DNA of 64,000 bases from a virus (IMGVR_UViG_3300027672_001612:32001-96000); one strand, 5' to 3'; positions 9,625 through 18,679 are shown, numbered from the stretch's first letter. Notes: a model not told the origin generated them from the letters alone. Numbers and translations: made by a program.

Positions 9625-10263
9625 ATGTTTAAAAATATGCTAAAAAAGGCAATTCATAAGAGCCAGCATGTTCAACGTAACTGGGACCTTTCCAGATCCA
9701 TACCTCAAGAAGATATGGACATTATTGCAGAAGCAGTAACTGGAGCACCAAGCAAACAGAACATCAAATTCTTTAAGCCTTATTTCATTACAGACAGAAA
9801 GAAAATAGAAGCCATTCATAGAAACACATTAGGATTTATGATCGAAGATGGCAAACAAGGTGGCAAAGCACTAAAAGGAAACAGGTTAACTACTAACCCG
9901 CAAGTTTTAGCACAATTGTTAATCGTGTTTGTTGAAGATTTTGATAAGAAAGACGCATTATCAAAAACAGATTATAATACTGCTAACGAAAAGTGGACTA
10001 TGGATCACGATAGAGATCAAGCATTAGGTGTAGCCGCTGGTTACGTTAACCTAACTTCAGCTCTACTTGGTTACGGTACTGGTTGTTGCAGTTGTTGTGA
10101 TAAGCAGGCTATTCAAAAGATTCTAGGAATAGATGAAAAACCATTATTATTAATGGGAGTTGGTATTGGCGACGGTGATAAGCCGAGACGTGAACACCAC
10201 CTGAATAGTAGCCTCACGTTTCCAACAAAACGCAAAAACATTGAAGTAGAATACGTTAAGTAG
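9625..10263 (+). CDS. Nitroreductase-family protein
   Basis: QRNWD, APSKQN, LTSALLGYGTG, LLMGVG. Confidence 0.75.
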   Translation: MFKNMLKKAIHKSQHVQRNWDLSRSIPQEDMDIIAEAVTGAPSKQNIKFFKPYFITDRKKIEAIHRNTLGFMIEDGKQGGKALKGNRLTTNPQVLAQLLIVFVEDFDKKDALSKTDYNTANEKWTMDHDRDQALGVAAGYVNLTSALLGYGTGCCSCCDKQAIQKILGIDEKPLLLMGVGIGDGDKPRREHHLNSSLTFPTKRKNIEVEYVK

Positions 10264-10293
10264 ACTTAATTCAAGTATAAGTGTTGAACGCTT

Positions 10294-10327
10294 AAAAAGC
10301 CAGTTTTTAATAGACTGGCTTTTTTTT
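10294..10327 (+). terminator. Rho-independent terminator
   Basis: AAAAAGCCAGT-loop-ACTGGC plus T-run. Confidence 0.85.
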
Positions 10328-10330
10328 GAC

Positions 10331-10358
10331 TTGACTTTCTAGATAATTGTGTTATACT
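10331..10358 (+). promoter_or_regulatory. Sigma70-type promoter for amtB
   Basis: TTGACT-16-TATACT. Confidence 0.65.
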
Positions 10359-10390
10359 ATGTATTCCAAAAACTAAAAAGGAGAGAAGAT

Positions 10391-11563
10391 ATGGAATTAG
10401 CATATTCGTTAAACACGTTTTACTTTCTGTTATCCGGCGTACTAGTTATGTGGATGGCGGCAGGATTTACTATGCTCGAAGCAGGTTCTGTGAGAAGTAA
10501 AAATGTAATAGAGATTTTACTAAAAAACGTAGCACTATATAGTGTTGCATCATTAACATTTTTAATCGTAGGCTATAGCATTATGTATGGTTGGGGAGAT
10601 ATATCTACACATTCTGTGTATGCTGATTTCTTTTTCCAAGTTGTATTTGTAGCCACAGCAATGTCTGTTGTATCAGGTGCAGTAGCAGAGCGTAAAAAAC
10701 TGTGGACATTCTTATTGTTCGCGGCAATCTTCACAGCAATCATTTACCCTATACAGGGTTCGTGGTCGTGGGGTGGAGGCTGGTTAAGTGAAAGAGGATT
10801 CTTTGACTTTGCTGGTGCAGGAATAGTACATATGGCAGGTGCCACTGCGGCATTGGCTGGTGTGTTAATACTAGGTCCTCGTAAAGGTAAGTATGCTAAA
10901 GACGGCACACCTAAACCAATACACGGTTCTAATGCGGCTCAGGTTGCTCTAGGAACACTTATCTTATGGATGGGGTGGTTTGGCTTTAATGGCGGTTCAC
11001 AACTTGCAATCTCTGGAATAGAGAATGCTGATGCAGTTGCAAAGATATTTGTTAATACAAATACTGCGGCGGCGGCTGGACTAATTACTGCAATGGCTGT
11101 ATGTAAACTATGGCTAGGTAAAACTGCCTTAAATGCTTCAATGAATGGTGCCTTAGCTGGCTTAGTAGTTATTACTGCTGATCCACTTACACCTTCACCA
11201 ATAATTGCTGTAATATACGGAGCAATTGGCGGACTAATAGTTCCGTTTGCAATGAGTTATATTGAGAAGAAAGGAATAGACGATCCTGTAGGTGCTATTA
11301 GTGTTCACGGTGTTGCTGGTATAGTAGGACTCATGTTAGTTCCTATACTAAATGTTGATGCAAGTTTCTTAGAACAAGCAATCGGCATTGGTGTAATCGG
11401 TGGATTCGTATTTAGTACTTCGTACCTTGTATGGCTCTTACTTGATAAGACCGTAGGTATTAGGGTAGGCGAGCAAGAAGAAGTCGGTGGTTCGGACATG
11501 TGGGAAGCTGGTGAAAAAGCATATCCATACTTTATGAAAGGACACGGCGAAGAAGAAAAATAG
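10391..11563 (+). CDS. amtB: Ammonium transporter
   Basis: FFQVVF, SGAVAER, DFAGAGIVH, WFGFNGGS, DDPVGAISVHG; AGGAG RBS before ATG 10391. Confidence 0.95.
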   Translation: MELAYSLNTFYFLLSGVLVMWMAAGFTMLEAGSVRSKNVIEILLKNVALYSVASLTFLIVGYSIMYGWGDISTHSVYADFFFQVVFVATAMSVVSGAVAERKKLWTFLLFAAIFTAIIYPIQGSWSWGGGWLSERGFFDFAGAGIVHMAGATAALAGVLILGPRKGKYAKDGTPKPIHGSNAAQVALGTLILWMGWFGFNGGSQLAISGIENADAVAKIFVNTNTAAAAGLITAMAVCKLWLGKTALNASMNGALAGLVVITADPLTPSPIIAVIYGAIGGLIVPFAMSYIEKKGIDDPVGAISVHGVAGIVGLMLVPILNVDASFLEQAIGIGVIGGFVFSTSYLVWLLLDKTVGIRVGEQEEVGGSDMWEAGEKAYPYFMKGHGEEEK

Positions 11564-11578
11564 TTTTAGTATTTTATT

Positions 11579-11608
11579 AAGCCACTTTTAATCGAGTGGC
11601 TTTTTTTT
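11579..11608 (+). terminator. Rho-independent terminator followed by late promoter TATAAATA (11612-11619)
   Basis: AAGCCACT-loop-AGTGGC plus T-run. Confidence 0.85.
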
Positions 11609-11651
11609 GACTATAAATACTACTACACATACACATACACAGGAGAAATAT

Positions 11652-11876
11652 ATGTCAGCAAATAAATCAGGTTTTGAGATTAGAGCGAATCTACTCAATC
11701 AAGCACAAACAATTTTAGAAAATAACTTACAACGAACACAAGATAGAGTTGGATATAATAACTCGCTATCACCATCTCGCAAAGAGCCGTTAGAAGTTAA
11801 AGAAGTTTCACCCCAAGAAGTTATCGAATTAGCACAAAAATTATATGCATTTGTTGAATCAAAAGAGTCTGCATAG
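11652..11876 (+). CDS. Hypothetical phage protein
   Basis: AGGAG RBS; GFEIR...A.KLYAFV pattern. Confidence 0.7.
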   Translation: MSANKSGFEIRANLLNQAQTILENNLQRTQDRVGYNNSLSPSRKEPLEVKEVSPQEVIELAQKLYAFVESKESA

Positions 11877-11878
11877 TA

Positions 11879-12394
11879 ATGTGGGAGAAACTATTTTGGT
11901 GGTTAGCCAAACGTAGAGGTACAGAAACACTAACCAACATATACACAGACAGTGAATATATGCACAGAGTATTCCTAGGACGCCAAATCCATAAGGACGG
12001 AATAGCTGGAGCATATGGTGGTGGAAGAGTCTGTCTAAATTTAATAACAGGTAGCGACTTACCTGTAGAGCATAATCACCCTTGGGGTTACTTTACTCTC
12101 ATACTGTCGGGAGGATACTATGAGGTTAGAGGAGAGGAACGTAAGTGGCGCAGACCTGGATGGTGTGCTATAAGGTCACATAACGATTTCCATAGAGTTG
12201 AAATCCCTGAAGGTAAATTTGCTATAACATTCTTTGTAAAAAGTCGACATGGGAAAATGGGTTCATACTTTATGGACAATGGCAAACCCGTTAAAGATTT
12301 AAAATTCTGGTTACGCAGAGGCATAGCTAGAGAAAAAATTGGAGCAATGATTAAACTTAAGACTCCAGAGGAAATAATAAATGACAACGATTGA
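11879..12394 (+). CDS. Cupin-like hypothetical protein
   Basis: HNHPW...ILSGGYYE...FHRVE. Confidence 0.65.
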   Translation: MWEKLFWWLAKRRGTETLTNIYTDSEYMHRVFLGRQIHKDGIAGAYGGGRVCLNLITGSDLPVEHNHPWGYFTLILSGGYYEVRGEERKWRRPGWCAIRSHNDFHRVEIPEGKFAITFFVKSRHGKMGSYFMDNGKPVKDLKFWLRRGIAREKIGAMIKLKTPEEIINDND

Positions 12395-13325
12395 TAATAT
12401 TCTAGCAATCACACCAGGCGAAGGAGAAATCTCAGATTGGTTTATTGAACGACTAGAGGTTTTAGTAGAGCAAGGACTGTTCCTAGATGCTAACCATGTT
12501 CTAGGCGTTAGAGAATCTATAGTGGATAGTTTAAAAGAATATAGTAACAAACACAATATAAATTCTGTTGTAGTAGGCATGAGCGGAGGCATAGATAGTG
12601 CCTTAACTGCCGCACTATTCAAACAAGCCGGATGGCAAGTACATGGCTTAACTATGCCTATACATCAAATCGAAGATGAAACTAATAGAGCAATAGAGAA
12701 CATCGATGCATTAAGATTAGAACGACACCACATAGACTTATCAGATCAGTTTGATAATATGCAAGAAAAACTAGGTGCATTCGATAGTACATACAGAGGA
12801 CTACAGCGTCAAGGTAATATTAAAGCAAGACTACGAATGATTGCATTGTATAATCTTGCACACGAAGTACAAGGTCTTGTAGCAAGTACAGATAACTTTA
12901 GCGAATTAGCCGCAGGTTTTTGGACACTACATGGTGACGTAGGCGACCTTGCACCTATACAAAGTTTAAGCAAAAGTTGGGAAGTTCCTGCCTTGGCAAT
13001 GGACCTCGGAGTACCCGAAAACACTATACATGCATTGCCTACAGACGGTTTAGGCATAAGTACTAGCGATGCAGACCAATTGGGAATGAACTACTTAGAG
13101 TTTGATGTGTTGTTAACAGACATGCTTAACCTACCAAAAATAGACGATAAGAGCATATACGAATACATAAATACTATAGATGATGAAGATGCCAAAGAAA
13201 AAGCTATGCTTGTTTTTGGTAGAGTTAAGATGACCGCATTTAAACGTGCTAATCCTTTTAATATTTTTCATCCTGTATACAGCGACAGATTCGCTAAACT
13301 AGACAAACTAGATAGGAGTTTATAA
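12381..13325 (+). CDS. nadE: NH3-dependent NAD+ synthetase
   Basis: GMSGGIDSA, NIKARLRM, GFWTLHGD, PTDGL; no glutaminase domain. Confidence 0.9.
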   Translation: MTTIDNILAITPGEGEISDWFIERLEVLVEQGLFLDANHVLGVRESIVDSLKEYSNKHNINSVVVGMSGGIDSALTAALFKQAGWQVHGLTMPIHQIEDETNRAIENIDALRLERHHIDLSDQFDNMQEKLGAFDSTYRGLQRQGNIKARLRMIALYNLAHEVQGLVASTDNFSELAAGFWTLHGDVGDLAPIQSLSKSWEVPALAMDLGVPENTIHALPTDGLGISTSDADQLGMNYLEFDVLLTDMLNLPKIDDKSIYEYINTIDDEDAKEKAMLVFGRVKMTAFKRANPFNIFHPVYSDRFAKLDKLDRSL

Positions 13326-13326
13326 A

Positions 13327-13626
13327 ATGGGAATATTTAAATGGATCGCTTCATTTTTTACATCACCATCACCAGCCGAAGTTGTTACAACTAAATCTGC
13401 TCCTGCACCAGCCCCAAAGGTTGTTAAGGCAGTAGCACCGGTAAAAGCAGTTAAGAAAACTGTTGCACCGAAGAAAGACGTTAGCGTAACTAAGGCAAGT
13501 TTGAGCAAACTTACTAAAGCACAGATAGAAGCTGAAGGTAAGAAGTTCGGACTCGATGTTGACAGAAGAAAAACTAAAGCAGATATTATTACAGAAGTAT
13601 TAGCCGCATCTAAAAAAGCAAAGTAA
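13327..13626 (+). CDS. Basic Lys/Ala/Pro-rich protein, possible nucleic-acid-binding helical C-terminus
   Basis: LSKLTKAQIEA...KTKADII resembles Rho-N/HeH; GGAG RBS. Confidence 0.55.
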   Translation: MGIFKWIASFFTSPSPAEVVTTKSAPAPAPKVVKAVAPVKAVKKTVAPKKDVSVTKASLSKLTKAQIEAEGKKFGLDVDRRKTKADIITEVLAASKKAK

Positions 13627-13656
13627 CATTAGTTAGCTTAACTTAGAAGAGGTTTA

Positions 13657-15543
13657 ATGAAAAAGAAAATTGTTTTAGTTCAACCTAATTTTAAGATAGG
13701 TGGCGGTAGTTTTACCGGTTATTGGTTACCGTACTCTGTAGGTTGTCTTTGGAGTTATGCAAGTCAGCACTCTTGGGTAACAGACGAATTTGAAGTACAA
13801 GACATAATATATAAGAGAGAAGCGCCTGAACAACTAGTTGATAGATTACTAGATTGTACAGTAGCGTTTTTCTCTTGTTATATGTGGAATTGGGAATACA
13901 ACAAATACATAGCCAAAGAACTAAAAAGACGTAACCCAGCGATTGCGATTGTATTCGGTGGACCACAAGTTACAACACGCCCTAAACAGGAAAAATTCTT
14001 CCTAAATCATCCATATGTAGACAGCATTAGCCTTACCGAAGGGGAAGAATCCTTTGTGGCTATACTTGATGCATTAAGGAACGACAATGCTTTACAAGAC
14101 GTCTACGAGGGTCTAAGGCTAGATGATTTAGAGGTACCTAGCCCTTACTTAACTGGCGTATTCGACAAGATTATGGCAGAGTCAGACCCTAACGAACAAT
14201 GGAACGGCACACTAGAAACTAATAGAGGCTGTCCGTTTGCATGTACTTTTTGCGATTGGGGTAGTTTAACGTATGCTAAAATTAAGAAGTTTCCTATGCC
14301 TAAAGTGTTACAAGAGTTAACATGGATGGCAGAGAACAAGATAGACTATGTTACTATTGCTGACGCAAACTTTGGTGTGTTCACAGACAGAGACTTAGAA
14401 GTAACTAACACACTTGTTGACTTACAAAACACATACGGTTATCCAAAAGTTGTAGATGCTACATGGTATAAGAACAGTAGCGATGAAATATTAGAGATTG
14501 TTAAGAAGTTTATTAGCAGTGGATTTAATAGAGGACTAACATTAAGTGTGCAAAGCATGGACATGGATGTTCTAGAAGAGATTAAAAGACGTAACATGGA
14601 AATGTCAGACTTAACTATGATTTTTGACAAGTGTAATAGAGAAGGCATACCAAGTTATACAGAACTTATTTTAGGCTTACCACTAGAAACATTTGAATCT
14701 TGGAAGTCAGGACTATGTGAAGTTATTAAAGCAGGACAACATAATGCTATTGAAAGTTGGTTAGCACAGATGTTAGAAAATGCACACATGAACTTACCAG
14801 AAGAAATTGAGAAGCATGGTATAACTACAGTTGTTGTGGAAAACTATGTTAGTGGATTCGAAGAAGAAGACAACATACCTGAAAAAGTATCATTAGTTAC
14901 CGGCACAAAATATATGCCTAAACCAAAGTTTATTGACAGTTGGTTATATGCATGGGTAGTTAACAACTTCCATAATTATGGTTGGAGTCAAGCACTAGCA
15001 AGAGTTATATATAAATTGAATGGTACTGAGTATGAAGAAACATACGATAAAATGTATCAAGCATGTATAGACGACACTGGCTTAGTTGGTGACCTATTCC
15101 GTACAGCTAAAGAACAACTTACATATTACTTAGAGACAGGTAGAAGTGATGGCGAAGGAAGAGAAAGCTTCAGTGGGCACACATTAATGTGGGAAGCTCA
15201 AAAAGACTTTCACTTGAATAGCAACGCAGTTAAGTCGTTTGTAAAAGAACACATGACTCCAGAGTATTGTAACATGGATCCTGTTATGTACCAATACCTA
15301 TTAGAATTTCAATCCAACTATACAACTGAAGAAAGCACAGACTATCCATTCCAATCAGCACCCGGTTTTAATTTTTATGAATACATAAACAACATAGAGC
15401 CAGAGCTAGTAATGACACTAGAGCCTTACCAATTTAACATAGCAGAAGATGTTAAAGGTGATGAATATTACAATCGACTTTACTTTAGACGTAGACAAGG
15501 TTGGGGCAAAACAATCATTGGCAAAAAACTCACTATAAGTTAA
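13657..15543 (+). CDS. Cobalamin-binding radical SAM enzyme
   Basis: N-terminal B12-binding-like domain (SCYMWN, GGPQ, EGEE); ETNRGCPFACTFCDW CxxxCxxC; DANFG. Confidence 0.9.
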   Translation: MKKKIVLVQPNFKIGGGSFTGYWLPYSVGCLWSYASQHSWVTDEFEVQDIIYKREAPEQLVDRLLDCTVAFFSCYMWNWEYNKYIAKELKRRNPAIAIVFGGPQVTTRPKQEKFFLNHPYVDSISLTEGEESFVAILDALRNDNALQDVYEGLRLDDLEVPSPYLTGVFDKIMAESDPNEQWNGTLETNRGCPFACTFCDWGSLTYAKIKKFPMPKVLQELTWMAENKIDYVTIADANFGVFTDRDLEVTNTLVDLQNTYGYPKVVDATWYKNSSDEILEIVKKFISSGFNRGLTLSVQSMDMDVLEEIKRRNMEMSDLTMIFDKCNREGIPSYTELILGLPLETFESWKSGLCEVIKAGQHNAIESWLAQMLENAHMNLPEEIEKHGITTVVVENYVSGFEEEDNIPEKVSLVTGTKYMPKPKFIDSWLYAWVVNNFHNYGWSQALARVIYKLNGTEYEETYDKMYQACIDDTGLVGDLFRTAKEQLTYYLETGRSDGEGRESFSGHTLMWEAQKDFHLNSNAVKSFVKEHMTPEYCNMDPVMYQYLLEFQSNYTTEESTDYPFQSAPGFNFYEYINNIEPELVMTLEPYQFNIAEDVKGDEYYNRLYFRRRQGWGKTIIGKKLTIS

Positions 15544-15572
15544 CACATCTTTTAATATTGTATAAATACAAC

Positions 15573-15781
15573 GGAAGTTAAGCAATCCCCCTTCCACAAG
15601 AGGACGGTTGATATAGGTGTCGGTTGTTCCGGTGAGTATCCGGTGTAGTTTCGCAATATGACAGACAGCATTACGAGCCTATGAGTACTATAAAAGTTAA
15701 GGAACTTTAACCCCTCAGCATTGTCCGTAAGGAGATGTGAATTTGGGTGCTAATTAAAATATTAGACTCAAGGAGAGTAAA
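15573..15781 (+). ncRNA. Candidate structured RNA or 5' leader (~210 nt) under a late promoter
   Basis: TATAAATA at 15561-15568; nested helices visible by eye (see findings); family not recognised. Confidence 0.5.
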
Positions 15782-15958
15782 ATGACAAGTATTATTTTAA
15801 ATACGAAGTCATTCTTTCAAAATATTGCAAACAGTTGGACCGGATTCAAAGACAATTATTGTCCTGAAGGTCAAACTTGCAATGACATTGCTACTATAGG
15901 TGGACTTATTTTCACTGTATGGTTTATGTACATTGCTATGGAACCAATACTGAGATAG
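15782..15958 (+). CDS. Small 58-aa membrane-anchored protein (not in the ORF track)
   Basis: AAGGAG RBS; MTSIILNTKSFFQNIANSWTGFKDNYCPEGQTCNDIATIGGLIFTVWFMYIAMEPILR; followed by a terminator. Confidence 0.7.
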   Translation: MTSIILNTKSFFQNIANSWTGFKDNYCPEGQTCNDIATIGGLIFTVWFMYIAMEPILR

Positions 15959-16021
15959 AATTAGACTGAATATACTATAACTATAAAACATGAATATCTT
16001 TAGGATATTCTCCCAAGTTTT

Positions 16022-16050
16022 AGGGTTCGCGGTTGCGGACCCTTTTTTTT
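16022..16050 (+). terminator. Rho-independent terminator
   Basis: GGGTTCGC-GGTT-GCGGACCC plus T8. Confidence 0.9.
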
Positions 16051-16062
16051 GGCTAAAATTTG

Positions 16063-16070
16063 TATAAATA
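16063..16070 (+). promoter_or_regulatory. Late promoter TATAAATA for the lipase operon
   Basis: Perfect T4 late consensus directly after a terminator. Confidence 0.7.
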
Positions 16071-16140
16071 CTTACTCTATAAGGACTCGGAGTCTTTTTG
16101 GGAAAACAAACACAGTAGGATGTGTACACAGGAGTAAAGT

Positions 16141-16932
16141 ATGGGATGGTTAGCAAATTGTTCTGAGTCAGAACGTGCCAGCATTTTGGCAAAACTGGCA
16201 GGTAGAGCTTATCTAAATGAAGCGGAATTAAAAGCCACAGAAAAAACATTAAAGATGCAAAGGTCGAAAGCAAAATTTATTAAAGACGGAGACGCAGAAG
16301 CGTGGGTATTTATTACTCGTGACGATGCTATTATTGTAAGTTGTAGAGGAACAGAGCCAACTAAGTTCAGCGATATACTAGCAGACTTAAAAACAATACC
16401 AGTTAGGCACCCTAGGGCCGGAAGAGTGCATCAAGGATTCAAAGAGTATTCAGATTTAGTATTCGACGAAATTGTAACACATGTTAAGAAAATGCGTAAG
16501 AAAGACGAAAACGTATTTGTGGTAGGGCATAGTTTAGGTGGAGCGATGGCAGTACTAGTAGCAGAAGGATTATCTGATGCTGGCGTACCTGTTAAAGAGC
16601 TAAGAACATTTGGTCAGCCTAGAGTAGGAAATAGAGCATTCAGAAGACATTTAGAAGGTTGTGATATAGGACGTTATATACGTTATGTTAATAATAACGA
16701 TATAGTACCTAGTGTTCCACCTTCAGCATTTGGCTTTGTACACGGCGGTAACTTGCATTACATAAACAGTTGGGGTCTTATTAGAGACATGACTGTATGG
16801 CAAAGAATGAAAGATGGTTGGAGAGGATTTTGGGCGGCTTGTAAGCAGTTTAAATTCTTTGATTTTGTAGCAGATCATGGCATGCCTAATTATGTAGAGA
16901 AGTCCGGTAACATTGCTAAGTTGGATAAATAG
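16141..16932 (+). CDS. Lipase, class 3 family
   Basis: CRGTE, VHQGF, GHSLGGA, TFGQPRVG, NDIVP, C-terminal DH. Confidence 0.9.
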   Translation: MGWLANCSESERASILAKLAGRAYLNEAELKATEKTLKMQRSKAKFIKDGDAEAWVFITRDDAIIVSCRGTEPTKFSDILADLKTIPVRHPRAGRVHQGFKEYSDLVFDEIVTHVKKMRKKDENVFVVGHSLGGAMAVLVAEGLSDAGVPVKELRTFGQPRVGNRAFRRHLEGCDIGRYIRYVNNNDIVPSVPPSAFGFVHGGNLHYINSWGLIRDMTVWQRMKDGWRGFWAACKQFKFFDFVADHGMPNYVEKSGNIAKLDK

Positions 16933-16960
16933 TATAGTAATATATTACGGAGATATCAAG

Positions 16961-17125
16961 ATGGTAGAGTATATCAAAAATAGAATTAAAGAAAGAACTA
17001 GTTGGGATGGTGGTGTTATAATCGCTATGTCTCTAGCAATAATCTTGTTCGGTGGTCTTGTTAAAATAGCGGCGTGGGCCGGTTTAGCATATGGCATCTG
17101 GGCAATAGTACAAAAAGAGGATTAA
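16961..17125 (+). CDS. Small membrane protein (holin-like candidate)
   Basis: 54 aa, two hydrophobic segments, charged ends; TAAATA and GGAG upstream. Confidence 0.6.
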   Translation: MVEYIKNRIKERTSWDGGVIIAMSLAIILFGGLVKIAAWAGLAYGIWAIVQKED

Positions 17126-17129
17126 TTAA

Positions 17130-17552
17130 ATGGCAAGTTTTGCACAAGAAAAAGAAATGAAGGCACACTTACTATTAATAGCAGAAGCAGGAACTTATGC
17201 TGGTTACTTCAGTCAAGGAACAAACGCGGACGGAGACGTAAGCACATTTTACCTTACTACTGATAGTGATAAAGCGGCGGCTGACACATTGTTAGATGCC
17301 AAAGTTGCAGAGCTTACAGCTAATGATATAGGTGGAGAAACAGCAGGCGGCGAAGGTCCTAGTGAATTCGACGGTTTCACTCCTATTCATTATGACGATG
17401 ATGTGGCTGGCAGTGATTATAGAACATGGTTTGTTAAAGATGCAGACGGTGAATACTATAAAACAGATAACGGAAACAGCGACAACCTTGCTCAAATTTC
17501 CGATGCTGATGAGATCACAACACTAATTACAGACAGCGGCTATATAGCTTAA
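17130..17552 (+). CDS. Acidic hypothetical protein
   Basis: 140-aa ORF with GAGG RBS. Confidence 0.7.
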   Translation: MASFAQEKEMKAHLLLIAEAGTYAGYFSQGTNADGDVSTFYLTTDSDKAAADTLLDAKVAELTANDIGGETAGGEGPSEFDGFTPIHYDDDVAGSDYRTWFVKDADGEYYKTDNGNSDNLAQISDADEITTLITDSGYIA

Positions 17553-17657
17553 ATTTTTTCGTAATGGGCAAAAGACTCTGCAGGTCCTAGCCCTTTACAC
17601 CCTTCACTACATACCAGTAATACTACACGATTAGCCTAGTCCTAGGTTAAATACATA

Positions 17658-17686
17658 TTGACAACAGACAATAAAGGTAGTACAAT
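17658..17686 (+). promoter_or_regulatory. Sigma70-type promoter (leaderless candidate)
   Basis: TTGACA-17-TACAAT; ATG 6 nt downstream. Confidence 0.75.
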
Positions 17687-17692
17687 AACACC

Positions 17693-18079
17693 ATGCACAA
17701 AGAAGAAGACTTACAGTTTCTAAACGAGTTAGAACCTAGCGAACTTTACGATTATATCGTAGAGCGTGGGGACAACATAGTTGAGTCCAAAGAGGACCTT
17801 ACAGCACTATGCACAAACGAACATAGAGTGTATGGCTGTCAAAGCCTTGTGTGGGTTGCAAGAAACGATAACGACTGGCAATGGGAAAGTAATGCATATT
17901 TTGTGCAAGGCTTAATTAACATTGTTATGACTCATGTAGTTAACATGACAGATGAAGAGATTGCTGAACTAGAGTTAAGCAAATTTGAATTTATTTGTGG
18001 TGAGAAAGTAACATGGGGAAGGGTAAGAGGCATTGAAAGTTTCTTGCAAAAATTAAAAACAATAGTAACGGAGAAATAA
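17693..18079 (+). CDS. sufE: SufE-family Fe-S sulfur-transfer protein
   Basis: RVYGCQSLVW, SNAYFVQG, R..G motifs. Confidence 0.8.
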   Translation: MHKEEDLQFLNELEPSELYDYIVERGDNIVESKEDLTALCTNEHRVYGCQSLVWVARNDNDWQWESNAYFVQGLINIVMTHVVNMTDEEIAELELSKFEFICGEKVTWGRVRGIESFLQKLKTIVTEK

Positions 18080-18667
18080 ATGAATTTTGTACCATATGTA
18101 ATAGAGAAGACATCACAAGGCGAACGTAGTTACGACATCTACAGTAGATTGCTCAAAGAAAGAATAGTATTTTTAAATGGTGAGGTGAACGATGCAGTAT
18201 CAAATAGTATTTGTGCTCAGTTCCTATTCCTAGAAGCAGACGATCCTGACGCTGATATTAATTTTTACATTAACTCTCCTGGTGGAGCAGTAACTAGTGG
18301 CATGGCTATATACGATACTATGCAATACATTAAACCCGCTGTAAGCACTATTGTAATGGGACAAGCGGCTAGTATGGGTTCATTCCTTGCTAATGCTGGC
18401 GCTCCTGGTAAACGTTTTATGTTACCTAATGCTAGGCACATGATACATCAGCCATTAGGCGGTGCAAGTGGACAAGCAAGTGACATTGAAATCCGTGCTA
18501 AAGAGATTGTTCGTATTAAGAAAGAACTTACTGATATATACGTTAAGCATAACAACAAGGGCAAAACTTACGAAATATTTGAGAAAGCTATGGATAGAGA
18601 CAACTTTTTGTCCAGTTCAGAAGCACTCGAAATGGGCCTTGTTGACGAAATTATTGAACAAAGATAG
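18080..18667 (+). CDS. clpP: ATP-dependent Clp protease proteolytic subunit
   Basis: [23 protein letters not shown] (Ser), MIHQP (His), DRDNF (Asp). Confidence 0.97.
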   Translation: MNFVPYVIEKTSQGERSYDIYSRLLKERIVFLNGEVNDAVSNSICAQFLFLEADDPDADINFYINSPGGAVTSGMAIYDTMQYIKPAVSTIVMGQAASMGSFLANAGAPGKRFMLPNARHMIHQPLGGASGQASDIEIRAKEIVRIKKELTDIYVKHNNKGKTYEIFEKAMDRDNFLSSSEALEMGLVDEIIEQR

Positions 18668-18679
18668 ATAAGTAATAGT

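Noticed and set aside
15610-15700. Cobalamin riboswitch call for the structured leader
   Set aside because: CCGG-TGAGTAT-CCGG, CGCAA and GAGCC resemble parts of it, but the conserved GGGAA junction and a proper B12 box are missing; kept only as an unknown RNA
15809-16273. 154-aa minus-strand ORF
   Set aside because: Crosses a plus-strand terminator, promoter, the 58-aa ORF and the lipase start; no RBS or recognisable motifs
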